Source of the DNA: Amycolatopsis sp.
GTDB lineage: Bacteria > Actinomycetota > Actinomycetes > Mycobacteriales > Pseudonocardiaceae
Reading direction: 5' to 3'
Assembly: GCA_035547575.1 (NCBI GenBank)
Contig: DASZUO010000303.1
Span: 1,183 to 65,182, forward strand
Length of the DNA: 64,000 nt
Under the pieces are notes generated by a model. That model was not told the DNA's origin. It searched no databases and saw only the letters and a list, made by a program, of their open reading frames with translations. The position numbers and the translations under genes were made by a program. Positions 21,949 to 30,850 of this stretch are shown here, one piece after another (position 1 is the first letter of the stretch; every line of letters begins with the position of its first letter).

Positions 21949-22443
21949 CTACGGCATCGGTTCGACGATCTCGAAATACTCCGGCTGCGGAGCCGTGCCC
22001 GCGAGCTTGAAGTACCGCACCTTGCGCCGCTGCCGCAGCGCGAGCGTGTCCCGCACCGCGTCGTTGTGCACGCGGCGCGCGATCACGACGCGCTGCTCGG
22101 CGTCGGACAGTTCGTCGGCCAGGCGCGGCAGCAGCGTCGCGCGCGCGACGGTGCCCAGCACCTTGGTCAGCTCGTTCTCCGCGGTTTCCCGTTCGGGGCG
22201 CGGCGCGGCCTCCGCGAGGTCCGCGGCCTGCCGGATCGCCGCCGCCTCCACCCCGTCCAGCGCGGCCGCCGCGACCGCCCGCGCCACGACGGCGCGCCGC
22301 GCCAGCGCCGCGTCGAGCGCCGCCCAGCCCGCGTCGAGGCGGACGTGCAGCCGGTCCAGCCGGTTCGCCGTCGCCACGAGGAACAGCCCGCCGAGCACGA
22401 TCACGGCGGCGACGACGGCGACCAGCGCCACGAACCAGCTCAT
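21949..22443 (-). CDS. LemA-like membrane protein (Rv2609c-type N-terminal region, no NUDIX domain)
   Basis: ANRLDRLHVR, LDAALARRA, ENELT and ARRVHNDAVRDTLALR motifs; lies downstream of pimA. Confidence 0.8.
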   Translation of the reverse strand: MSWFVALVAVVAAVIVLGGLFLVATANRLDRLHVRLDAGWAALDAALARRAVVARAVAAAALDGVEAAAIRQAADLAEAAPRPERETAENELTKVLGTVARATLLPRLADELSDAEQRVVIARRVHNDAVRDTLALRQRRKVRYFKLAGTAPQPEYFEIVEPMP

Positions 22444-23579
22444 TGCCTGACTTCCTGGGCGCTCACACGGCGCGGGTCCGCGGCGACGGCGATCTCGTAC
22501 ACGCGCAACACCTGCGTCACCACGACCGGCCAGTCGTACATGGCGACCCGCTCCCCCGCCGCGGCGGCCAGCGACGACCGGCGGGCCGGATCTTCGAGCA
22601 GCTCACGCAACCCGCCCGCCATCGACGCCGCATCGCCGGTCTCGAACAACAGGCCCGACCTGCCGTCGTCGAGCACGCGGCGGAACGAGTCCAGATCGCT
22701 GGCCGCCACCGCCGTGCCCGCCGCCATCGCCTCGGTGAGGATCATGCCGAAGCTCTCGCCGCCGGTGTTGGGCGCGCAATACACGTCGACGCTGCGCAGC
22801 ACCCGCGCCTTCATCTCGTCGTCGACCTGGCCCAGCAGTTCGATGTGCGGCCACAGGTTCCGGCCCGCCATCCGCCGCAGCTCGTCGGGATCGCCGCGGC
22901 CCACCACCAGTAGCCGCAACGCGGGGAACTCCGGCAGCAGGCGGTCGGCGGCGGCGAGCAGCACGTCCATTCCCTTGCGTGGTTCGGTGAACCGGCCGAT
23001 GAAGCCGAGCGTGCCGCCCGCGCGCGGATAGCCCTCCAGCGGCAGCGCCCGCGCGAACAGGTCGACGTCGACGCCGTTGGGGATCTCGACCGCGTCGCCG
23101 CCCGCGTGCTCGACCTGCACGCGCCGCGCCAGCGCGGACACCGCGATGCGCGCGGTGATCTTCTCCAGCAGCGGGCGCAGCACCGGCTGGAACGCCGAGA
23201 GCGTGCGCGAGCGTGGCGTCGACGTGTGGAACGTGGCGACGATCGGGCCGTCGGCGACCTTCAGCGCCAGCAGCGACAGGCTGGGCGCGGCCGGTTCGTG
23301 CAGGTGCAGCACATCGAAACAGCCGTCGCGGATCCATCGGCGCACCCGCGCATAGGACACCGGCCCGAACTGCAGGCGCGCGACCGAGCCGTTGTACGGG
23401 ATGCCCAGCGCCTTGCCCGCGGAGTGCACGAAGTCCGGCAGGACGGCGTCGTCGTCGGCCGGAGCCAGCACCGACACCTGATGTCCCTTGGCCAGCAACG
23501 CTTTCGCGAGGTCGACCACGTGACCCTGCACTCCGCCGGGGACGTCGAAGGAGTAGGGACACACGATGCCGATCTTCAC
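22440..23579 (-). CDS. pimA: Phosphatidyl-myo-inositol alpha-mannosyltransferase (GT4)
   Basis: MKIGIVCPYSFDVPGGVQ, HLHEP, RKGM and GGESFGMILTEAMAAG motifs; operon context. Confidence 0.95.
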   Translation of the reverse strand: MKIGIVCPYSFDVPGGVQGHVVDLAKALLAKGHQVSVLAPADDDAVLPDFVHSAGKALGIPYNGSVARLQFGPVSYARVRRWIRDGCFDVLHLHEPAAPSLSLLALKVADGPIVATFHTSTPRSRTLSAFQPVLRPLLEKITARIAVSALARRVQVEHAGGDAVEIPNGVDVDLFARALPLEGYPRAGGTLGFIGRFTEPRKGMDVLLAAADRLLPEFPALRLLVVGRGDPDELRRMAGRNLWPHIELLGQVDDEMKARVLRSVDVYCAPNTGGESFGMILTEAMAAGTAVAASDLDSFRRVLDDGRSGLLFETGDAASMAGGLRELLEDPARRSSLAAAAGERVAMYDWPVVVTQVLRVYEIAVAADPRRVSAQEVRQ

Positions 23580-24559
23580 CCGGCCGCCTCGGTGTCTTGC
23601 GGGACACCCGCGCCCGCACCCGCACCCGACTCACCCGTGCGGTCCTCGTGGGCCACACGGGGTTCGGCGGGTTCGGGCTCGCCGAAGTCGGCGGTCCACA
23701 GCTTCTGCAGCATGTGCCAATCCGTCGGGTGCGCGGCGATGTCCCCGGCGAAGATGTCGGCCATCGCCTGGGTGGCCGCCGGCACCTCGGCGCGTGCGGT
23801 GACCCGGATCCGCGGGTGCACGCGCACACCCCAGCCGTCCTCGGTGAACCACAGGCCCACGGGCAGCAGCGCCGCGCCGGTGGTCGCCGCGAGCCGTGCC
23901 GGGCCCGCGGGCATCCTGGTGTGCCGGCCGAAGAACTCGACCGGGACGCCGGACCGCGTGAGATCGCGGTCGGCGACCAGGCAGACGATCTTGTTCTGGC
24001 GCAGGCGGTTCAGCAGCAGCCGGAACGACGACGCGCCGTCCGCCGGGACGAGCTCGAAGCCCAGCGACTCGCGGTACTCGACGAACCGGCGGTACACCGA
24101 CTCCGGTTTCAGCCGCTCGACCACCGTGGTGAACGATCCGGTGTAGCCGACGAGCCACAGCCCGGCGGCGTCCCAGTTGCCCGAATGCGGCAGCGCGAGG
24201 ATCGCGCCGTTGCCCTCGGCGAGCGCGGCGTCGATGTTCTCGCGGCCGGTCAGCTGCTCGTCCAGCTTCTGCCGGGCTCTCTCGTGATCCATGCTGGGCA
24301 GCCGGAACGACTCGTGCCAGTACCGGGCGTAGGACCGCATCGCGCCGCGCACCAGTTCGTCCAGCTCCACGGCATCCGCCTGCGGCACGACCCGCGACAG
24401 GTTCCGGCGCAGTTGCCGCACCCCGGCGCCGTTGCGGCGGGCGGCGAAATCCGCGCCCAGCCCGAACGCCGCTCCGGCGACCTGCGCGGGCAGCAGCCGC
24501 ACCAGCCGCCAGCCCGCCGCATAGCCGGCGTCGGTCGCGCGCTGGGACAGCCTGCTCAC
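23576..24559 (-). CDS. patA: Phosphatidylinositol mannoside acyltransferase
   Basis: HSGNWD (HxxxxD), CLVADRDL and DWHMLQ motifs; GTG start overlaps the pgsA stop; carries a repeat-derived C-terminal tail. Confidence 0.93.
   Translation of the reverse strand: MSRLSQRATDAGYAAGWRLVRLLPAQVAGAAFGLGADFAARRNGAGVRQLRRNLSRVVPQADAVELDELVRGAMRSYARYWHESFRLPSMDHERARQKLDEQLTGRENIDAALAEGNGAILALPHSGNWDAAGLWLVGYTGSFTTVVERLKPESVYRRFVEYRESLGFELVPADGASSFRLLLNRLRQNKIVCLVADRDLTRSGVPVEFFGRHTRMPAGPARLAATTGAALLPVGLWFTEDGWGVRVHPRIRVTARAEVPAATQAMADIFAGDIAAHPTDWHMLQKLWTADFGEPEPAEPRVAHEDRTGESGAGAGAGVPQDTEAAG
23592..23647. repeat. Dispersed repeat unit inside the patA 3' end
   Basis: GTGTCTTGCGGGACACCCGC (23592-23611) and CTCACCCGTGCGGTCCTC (23630-23647) recur exactly at 25421-25440 and 25402-25419. 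Confidence 0.8.
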
Positions 24560-25167
24560 GAACCCGCCTCCCTCGCCGACGCGGCCACGGCGACCATCCG
24601 CTGCCCGAGCGTCACCGCCGACAGCACCGCGAGCAGCCACTGCGAGGCCTCGACCGCGTACGGGACGCTCAGCCCCTGCAGCCCGGTGCCGACGAGCGCG
24701 ATGATCAGCCGCTCGGCCCGCTCGATGAGACCACCATCGGCGGACAGGCCCTGCGCCTCCGCCCGCGCTTTGACGTAGGAGATGACCTGGCCCAGCACCA
24801 GGCAGATCAGCGCCGCCGCGGCCGCACGCAGGTTGTGCGCCTCGACGAAGCACCACCAGGCGATCGCGGCGAACAACACGCCGTCGACGAGCCGGTCGCA
24901 GGTGGCGTCCAGCGCCGCCCCGAACGGCGTGCCGTGGCCCCGTGCCCTGGCGATCGCGCCGTCGAGCAGGTCGAGCATCGCGAAGCCCCACACGGTGAAC
25001 GTGCCCCACAACAACAGCCCGGCCGGGAAGAAGCCGACGGCGCAGCCGACCGCCCCCGCGGTGCCGAGCACGGTGATGGCGTTCGGCGTGACGCCGGCTC
25101 GCAGCAGCGCGTGGCCCAGCGGATCAAGAGCACGGGACACCGACGCGCGCGCGAAGATGTTCAGCAT
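24556..25167 (-). CDS. pgsA: Phosphatidylinositol(-phosphate) synthase, CDP-alcohol phosphatidyltransferase
   Basis: DLLDGAIAR...FGAALDATCDR signature; ISYVKARAE and IERAER motifs. Confidence 0.95.
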   Translation of the reverse strand: MLNIFARASVSRALDPLGHALLRAGVTPNAITVLGTAGAVGCAVGFFPAGLLLWGTFTVWGFAMLDLLDGAIARARGHGTPFGAALDATCDRLVDGVLFAAIAWWCFVEAHNLRAAAAALICLVLGQVISYVKARAEAQGLSADGGLIERAERLIIALVGTGLQGLSVPYAVEASQWLLAVLSAVTLGQRMVAVAASAREAGS

Positions 25168-25320
25168 CAGACCGGCCGATAGTCAGGATCGGCAGGCCTG
25201 CTCGTCGCTGTCAGTGTCACCTGGGCGCTCACCTGGCTGCGGGTCGGAGATGTGTGTGCCAGGGCAGCCTATCGGCCCAGTACGACAGCCCGGTTGGGCG
25301 GCGCGCGGAAAACGCGCCGA

Positions 25321-25944
25321 TCAGCGCACCCCGGCGTCGTCTGTACTCGGCGGGACACCCGCACCCGGCCGGTCCTCCTCGACGCCACTCCTCCGTCGCG
25401 GCTCACCCGTGCGGTCCTCAGTGTCTTGCGGGACACCCGCACCCGGCCGGTCCTCCGCGGCCTCCAGCTCCGCGAGCGCCGCCTCGCAGCGCGGGGTGAG
25501 CCGGTCCCGGATGGCGGCGCAGATCTCGCCCAGCTGCGTGACCTGTTCCGGCGTGAGCGCGTCGAAAAGCGCCTCCCGCACCGCCTCGACGTGCCCGGGC
25601 GCGGCCGCCTCCAGCGCGGCGAAACCGGCCGCCGTGAGCGTGGCGAACGCGCCGCGCTTGTCGGTCGCGCAGTGCTCGCGCCGGACCCACCCACTCGCTT
25701 CGAGCCGCGCGACGGCGTGTGAGAGCCTGCTGCGGGAGGACCGGCTGCGCTCGGCGAGCTCGCTCATCCGCAGCGTGCGGCCGGGCGCCTCGGACAGCCT
25801 GACCAGCACCTCGTAGTAGGTGTGCGGCATCCCGGCGTCGCGTTGCAGCTGCCCCTCGACGTGGCCGCCGACCATGTCGACGGCCGCGCGGAACTCACGC
25901 CACACACGCTGTTCGTCGTCGTTGAGCCATCGCGGTCCCGGCAT
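25321..25944 (-). CDS. MarR-family regulator (RosR-like), probably leaderless
   Basis: WLxxxEQxxW, YYEVLVxLSE, LRMSELA, SRSRLSHAVARLE and DKRG motifs; a TAAGAT -10 lies 7 nt before the ATG at 25944 (alternative start 25953). Confidence 0.9.
   Translation of the reverse strand: MPGPRWLNDDEQRVWREFRAAVDMVGGHVEGQLQRDAGMPHTYYEVLVRLSEAPGRTLRMSELAERSRSSRSRLSHAVARLEASGWVRREHCATDKRGAFATLTAAGFAALEAAAPGHVEAVREALFDALTPEQVTQLGEICAAIRDRLTPRCEAALAELEAAEDRPGAGVPQDTEDRTGEPRRRSGVEEDRPGAGVPPSTDDAGVR
25350..25456. repeat. Tandem/dispersed repeat inside the MarR 3' end
   Basis: 29-bp GCGGGACACCCGCACCCGGCCGGTCCTCC at 25350-25378 and 25428-25456 (78-bp period); shares blocks with 23592-23647. Confidence 0.85.
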
Positions 25945-25961
25945 GCGGACCATCTTACCCC

Positions 25962-26012
25962 TAGTTGAGTCCTCAACTATGCTTCGGTACAGTCATGGTT
26001 GAGAGTTCAACC
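25962..26012. promoter_or_regulatory. Two GTTGA-N4-TCAAC operators overlapping divergent SigA-type promoters
   Basis: TAGTTGAGtcCTCAACTA (25962-25979) and GGTTGAgagtTCAACC (25997-26012); yceI promoter TTGAGT-N17-TACAGT at 25965-25993. Confidence 0.85.
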
Positions 26013-26042
26013 CATCGCAAAACCAAGTTAGAGGAGTCGCAG

Positions 26043-26591
26043 ATGAGCGCGCCCACCACGGAGATCCCCGGCTACCTGGCCGGAACCTGGGTCATCGACG
26101 GCACCCACTCCGACGTGACCTTCACCGTCCGCCACCTGGGCGTCTCGAAGGTCCGCGGCCGCTTCGACCAGGTCGAGACCACGATCGTGACCGCGGAGAA
26201 CGTCACCGACTCGACCGTCACCGCCACCATTCAGACCGCGAGCCTGGACACCAACAACGGCGACCGGGACGCGCACGTGCGGGGTGCGGACTTTCTTGAC
26301 GTGGAGAAGTTCCCGGTCATCACTTTCGCGTCCACCGCGGTGCGGGTGGAGGATGGGGAGTTCTTCATCGATGGCGATTTGACACTGCACGGGGTGACCC
26401 GTCCGGTGACGCTGGCCGCTGAGCTGGGCGGTTTCGGGGATGGGCTTACGCCGGGTTCGAAGGTGCTGGGCGTTTCGGCGAGCACCGAGATCAGCCGGAC
26501 CGAGTTCGGGGTCGGTGCGGGCATCCCGGGTGCGGTGGTGAGCGACAAGATCAAGATCGAGCTGGATGTCGAGGCCGGCTTGCAGTCCTGA
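26043..26591 (+). CDS. YceI-family (polyisoprenoid-binding) protein
   Basis: GTWxIDxxHSxVxFxVRHLGVSKVRGRF, RDxHxRxADF and GDLTLHGVTRPV motifs; GAGGAG RBS. Confidence 0.93.
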   Translation: MSAPTTEIPGYLAGTWVIDGTHSDVTFTVRHLGVSKVRGRFDQVETTIVTAENVTDSTVTATIQTASLDTNNGDRDAHVRGADFLDVEKFPVITFASTAVRVEDGEFFIDGDLTLHGVTRPVTLAAELGGFGDGLTPGSKVLGVSASTEISRTEFGVGAGIPGAVVSDKIKIELDVEAGLQS

Positions 26592-26597
26592 TGCGAA

Positions 26598-26642
26598 CCG
26601 TGAGGGACCTCTTGGCGGGTAACGCCATGAGGTCCCTCACGG
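26598..26642. terminator. Long hairpin between the convergent yceI and HIT genes (terminator or REP-like)
   Basis: CCGTGAGGGACCTC-t-TGGCG-ggtaa-CGCCA-t-GAGGTCCCTCACGG. Confidence 0.8.
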
Positions 26643-26648
26643 CATTTC

Positions 26649-27191
26649 TCAGGCGTTCCAGGCGTTCGCGAGCAGTTCGCGCGTCTCGCCCAGCAGTTGT
26701 GGCAGGACCTTGGTGTGGCCGATCACCGGCATGAAGTTCGCGTCGCCGCCCCACCGTGGGACGACGTGCTGATGTAGGTGGGCGGCGATGCCGGCGCCGG
26801 CGATGACGCCCTGGTTCATGCCCACGTTGAAGCCGTGCGCGCCCGACACGGACCTGACGACGGTCATCGCGCGCTGGGTGAACTCCGCCAGTTCCCTGGT
26901 CTCGTCCGGACTCAGGTCCGTGTAGTCCGCGACGTGCCGGTACGGCAGCACCATCAGGTGGCCCGGGTTGTACGGGTACAGATTCAGCACCGCCCAGACT
27001 CGCTCGCCGCGCGCGAGGATCAGCGCGTCCTCGTCGGGCATCTGGATCAGGCGGCAGAAGGGGCAGCCTTCCGGCTCGTCGCCTTCCGGTTGGCCCTCGC
27101 CCTGGACGTAGGCCAGGCGGTGTGGTGTCCACAAGCGCTGCAGCGCGTCGGGCACGCCGACACCGTCCTGGGGAACGACCTCCGGACTCAC
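26649..27191 (-). CDS. HIT-family protein (Ap4A phosphorylase, Rv2613c-like)
   Basis: [20 protein letters not shown] and [10 protein letters not shown] motifs; overlaps the thrS stop. Confidence 0.92.
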   Translation of the reverse strand: MSPEVVPQDGVGVPDALQRLWTPHRLAYVQGEGQPEGDEPEGCPFCRLIQMPDEDALILARGERVWAVLNLYPYNPGHLMVLPYRHVADYTDLSPDETRELAEFTQRAMTVVRSVSGAHGFNVGMNQGVIAGAGIAAHLHQHVVPRWGGDANFMPVIGHTKVLPQLLGETRELLANAWNA

Positions 27192-29257
27192 CCGAGGACC
27201 GCCCCGAAGGTCTCCGCGGTGGGCGAGGTGTTCTCGCGGCGGGCGACCCAGCCGGCGATCGCCTCGACGGCGTCCGGCACCGGGACCCCGTTGACCTGGC
27301 TGCCGTCGCGGAAGCGGAACGACACCGCGCCCGCCTCCACGTCCTTGCCGCCGGCCAGCACCAGGAACGGTACCTTCTGCGTGGTGTGGGTGCGGATCTT
27401 CTTCTGCATCCGGTCGTCACCGGTGTCGACCTCGACGCGGATTCCCTTGGTGCGCAAGGCTTTCTCGACACCGCGCAGGTGCTCGACGTGCTCGTCGGCG
27501 ATCGGGATGCCGACCACCTGCACCGGGGCGAGCCAGGCCGGGAACGCGCCGGCATAGTGTTCGGTGAGCACGCCGAAGAAGCGCTCTATCGAGCCGAACA
27601 GGGCCCGGTGGATCATCACCGGGCGTTTGCGGGAACCGTCCGCCGCGGCGTACTCCAGTTTGAACAGTTCAGGCAGGTTGAAGTCCAGCTGGATGGTCGA
27701 CATCTGCCACGACCGGCCCAGCGCGTCCTTCGCCTGCACCGAGATCTTCGGGCCGTAGAACGCCGCGCCGCCCGGGTCCGGTACCAGTTCCAGCCCCGAG
27801 GACTCGCCCGCCTGGCGCAGCACCTCGGTGGCCTCGGCCCATACCTCGTCCGAGCCGACGTACTTCTCGTCGTTGCGGGTGGACAGCTCCAGGTAGAAGT
27901 CGTTCAAGCCGTAGTCGCGCAACAGGTTCAGCACGAAGTCCAGCAGCGACTTCAGCTCGTCGGCCACCTGCTCCGGGGCGCAGAAGATATGCGCGTCGTC
28001 CTGGGTGAAGCCGCGGGCGCGGGTCAGGCCGTGCACCACGCCGGACTTCTCGTACCGGTAGACAGTGCCGAACTCGAACAGCCGCATCGGCAACTCACGG
28101 TACGACCGGCCGCGCGAGGCGAAGATCAGGTCGTGGAACGGGCAGTTCATCGGCTTGAGGTAGTAGTCCTGCCCCGGCTTGCGGACCTTGCCGTCCTCGC
28201 CGTACTCGGCGTCGAGGTGCATCGCCGGGTACATGCCGTCGCGGTACCAGTCGAGGTGACCCGACACCTGGAACAGCGTGCCCTTGGTGATGTGCGGCGA
28301 GTAGACGAACTCGTACCCGGCTTCGACGTGCCGCTGCCGCGAGTAGTTCTCCATCTCCTGCCGGATGATGCCGCCCTTGGGGTGGAACACCGGCAGCCCG
28401 GACCCGATCTCGTCGGGGAAGCTGAACAGGTCCAGCTCCGCCCCGAGCTTGCGGTGGTCGCGGCGCTCGGCCTCGGCGAGCATCTCCAGGTAGTGCTCCT
28501 GCGCCTCCGGCGACTCCCACGCGGTGCCGTAGATCCGTTGCAGCTGCGGGTTCTTCTCGTTGCCACGCCAGTACGCGGCCGCGACACGGGTGAGCTTGAA
28601 TGCCGGGATGAACTTGGTGGTCGGCACGTGCGGCCCCCGGCACAGGTCGCTCCAGACCGCTTCCTTGGTGCGCGGGTCGAGGTTGTCGTAGATGGTCAGC
28701 TCGCCGGCACCGACCTCCATGATCTCGGAGGTGTCCACTGTGTCCTCAGTGGACTTGAGGTCGATGAGCTCGAGCTTGAACGGCTCGTCCGCCAGCTCCG
28801 CGCGGGCCTGCTCGGGCGAGTCGAACCGGCGGCGCGAGAACTGTTGCGCGCCCTTGACGATCTGCTTCATCCGCTTCTCGAGCGCCTGCAGGTCCTCGGG
28901 GGTGAACGGCTTGTCGACGAGGAAGTCGTAGTAGAAGCCGTCCTTGACCGGCGGCCCGATGCCGAGCTTGGCATCCGGGAACTGCTGCTGCACGGCCTGG
29001 GCCAGCACGTGCGCCGCCGAGTGCCGGATCACGCTCCGCCCGTCCTCGGTGTTCGCGGCGACGGCCTCGACCGGGGTGTCCGCCTCGGGCACCCACGCCA
29101 GGTCACGCAGGCGGCCCTCGGCGTCCCGGACGACGACGATCGTGTCCGGCCCCTTGGTCGGCAGGCCCGCCTCGCGGATCGCGGCACCGGCCGTGGTCCC
29201 GGCCGGCACCACCACGCTCGACGCGGGTGTGGTCACGGCGGACGACGGCTGGGTCAC
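27188..29257 (-). CDS. thrS: Threonine--tRNA ligase
   Basis: [38 protein letters not shown] and [12 protein letters not shown] motifs. Confidence 0.98.
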   Translation of the reverse strand: MTQPSSAVTTPASSVVVPAGTTAGAAIREAGLPTKGPDTIVVVRDAEGRLRDLAWVPEADTPVEAVAANTEDGRSVIRHSAAHVLAQAVQQQFPDAKLGIGPPVKDGFYYDFLVDKPFTPEDLQALEKRMKQIVKGAQQFSRRRFDSPEQARAELADEPFKLELIDLKSTEDTVDTSEIMEVGAGELTIYDNLDPRTKEAVWSDLCRGPHVPTTKFIPAFKLTRVAAAYWRGNEKNPQLQRIYGTAWESPEAQEHYLEMLAEAERRDHRKLGAELDLFSFPDEIGSGLPVFHPKGGIIRQEMENYSRQRHVEAGYEFVYSPHITKGTLFQVSGHLDWYRDGMYPAMHLDAEYGEDGKVRKPGQDYYLKPMNCPFHDLIFASRGRSYRELPMRLFEFGTVYRYEKSGVVHGLTRARGFTQDDAHIFCAPEQVADELKSLLDFVLNLLRDYGLNDFYLELSTRNDEKYVGSDEVWAEATEVLRQAGESSGLELVPDPGGAAFYGPKISVQAKDALGRSWQMSTIQLDFNLPELFKLEYAAADGSRKRPVMIHRALFGSIERFFGVLTEHYAGAFPAWLAPVQVVGIPIADEHVEHLRGVEKALRTKGIRVEVDTGDDRMQKKIRTHTTQKVPFLVLAGGKDVEAGAVSFRFRDGSQVNGVPVPDAVEAIAGWVARRENTSPTAETFGAVLG

Positions 29258-29330
29258 GATGGGCTCCTTCGAACGAAGTGGTTACCCACCGATGTTATCC
29301 GTCGTCCGCCGCAGGTTTTCGTGAGGGACG

Positions 29331-29948
29331 TCAGACGGTTTCGACGACCTCGTCGTAGTCCAGCCGCGGCAGGCGGTCGAACCAGGGGTTGTCGCCCGGC
29401 TTGCCGACGTTCACCACGACCAGCGACTTCCAGTTGGTGCCCGCGAAGAACTCCTTGTCCACGCCGATCGCGTCGAAACCGGTCATCGGGCCGGCGGCCA
29501 GGCCGGCGGCGCGGACGCCGATGATGAAGTAGCCGACCTGCAGCAGCGAGTTCAGCCGCGCGAAGTCCTCGCGAGCGCCCTCGTCGCCGGCGAAGAGGTC
29601 CTTCGCGTCCGGCCTGTGCGGGAAGGTCTTGGGGAGGTGTTCGTGGAAGTCGACGTCGGCGGCGAGCACGACGGTCACCGGGGCGCTGGCGGTCTTGGCG
29701 CGGTTGCCCTCGGACATGTGCGGCAGCAGCCGCTGCTTGCCTTCCGGGGTGCGCACCACGAGCGCGCGCAGCGGCTGCGTGTTCATCGACGTGGGGGCCC
29801 ACTTCACCAGGTCGTAGATGGCCTGGAGCTGATCTTCGCCGACCGGCTCGTCGCTGAAGCTGTTCGCCGTGCGGGCTTCGCGGAACAGCAGGTCCTGCAC
29901 GTCCTCGGGCACGTGGAGCGCATCGGCTAGGCTTGCGGTCGAGGTCAT
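29331..29948 (-). CDS. Nitroreductase-family protein (malonic semialdehyde reductase RutE-like)
   Basis: LLFREART, WAPTSMNTQPLR, AAGPMTGFD and RLPRL motifs. Confidence 0.88.
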   Translation of the reverse strand: MTSTASLADALHVPEDVQDLLFREARTANSFSDEPVGEDQLQAIYDLVKWAPTSMNTQPLRALVVRTPEGKQRLLPHMSEGNRAKTASAPVTVVLAADVDFHEHLPKTFPHRPDAKDLFAGDEGAREDFARLNSLLQVGYFIIGVRAAGLAAGPMTGFDAIGVDKEFFAGTNWKSLVVVNVGKPGDNPWFDRLPRLDYDEVVETV

Positions 29949-29987
29949 CGGGTACTCCCTTTCCGTCTAGGCTTCACTCCCAACAAC

Positions 29988-30007
29988 ATGGTTGAGCGCT
30001 TGACCAT
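29988..30007. promoter_or_regulatory. Imperfect third copy of the GTTGA-N4-TCAAC operator
   Basis: ATGGTTGA-gcgc-TTGACCAT, 40 bp upstream of the nitroreductase start. Confidence 0.6.
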
Positions 30008-30031
30008 TTCCTCCGGGGAGTGTGTGGATCA

Positions 30032-30850
30032 TCACGGCGCGTAGATGCGTGCCCAGTCGACCTGTGCGGTGGTCTGGTGCGGGGCACCCGGATGCTTGCT
30101 GATGTAGGTCAGCTGCAGCGCGAGGTGCATCGGCGCGTGGGGCAGGAACTTCGGATCGTCGTAGACGCCCCAGGGCTGCCCGTCGAGGTAGAGGGTGATC
30201 TTGTCCGGCTGCCAGTCGACCCCGAAATTGTGCCACTGCGTCAGATCGACCGGGTTGCTCTTGAAGTAGGGCCCCTGGATGTTGCCGGGACCGTGCAGCC
30301 AGCTCTCGGTGTAGGGGCGGTCGGGGTTCCAGGTCTCGCTGAAGTCGATCTCGCCCGCGTCCGGGAGGTTCGAGTTGTTCTCGCTCCACAGCAGGAACGT
30401 GGGCGCGAAGCCAGGGTCCGCCGGACGCGGCATCCGCGCGCGCACCTCCCAGCGGCCGTAGGTCTGGTTCGCCTTCCAGGCGATCCCGCACGTGGTGCCG
30501 GCCACGGTGGCCTTGCCGGTCAGCGTGAGCACGCCACCGGAGACCGTGCACTGCTTACGGTTCCACGACTCGTTGATCGAGTTGTCGCCGTCGTAGACCG
30601 TCCAGTTCGTGGTGTCGACCGCCGTGCCGTCGAACTCGTCGCCGGCGACCTTCGTCCAGCCGTAACGCAGCGCGGCCTCGGCGGGCAGCGGCCCCGCGGG
30701 CAGTGCGGCCGGGGTGCCGCCCTCGGCATGCGCGGGCTGGTCGCCCGAGGCGTCGAAACGCTGCGTGACCACGCGGGCGGCGACCACGGCGAGTGCCACC
30801 AGGACGACGCACAGGCCGATGAGGACGACGCGGCGCTTCACAGCGGCCAA
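30032..30850 (-). CDS. Membrane-anchored or secreted GH16 glycoside hydrolase
   Basis: N-terminal hydrophobic segment; DEFDG, YGRWEVRA, catalytic EIDFSE, WHxFGVDW and VDWARIY motifs. Confidence 0.9.
   Translation of the reverse strand: MAAVKRRVVLIGLCVVLVALAVVAARVVTQRFDASGDQPAHAEGGTPAALPAGPLPAEAALRYGWTKVAGDEFDGTAVDTTNWTVYDGDNSINESWNRKQCTVSGGVLTLTGKATVAGTTCGIAWKANQTYGRWEVRARMPRPADPGFAPTFLLWSENNSNLPDAGEIDFSETWNPDRPYTESWLHGPGNIQGPYFKSNPVDLTQWHNFGVDWQPDKITLYLDGQPWGVYDDPKFLPHAPMHLALQLTYISKHPGAPHQTTAQVDWARIYAP

Noticed and set aside
25350-25456. Repeat-spacer-repeat pattern as a mini CRISPR array
   Set aside because: Only two repeats, inside a CDS, the spacer itself shares sequence with another repeat copy, and no cas genes are present.
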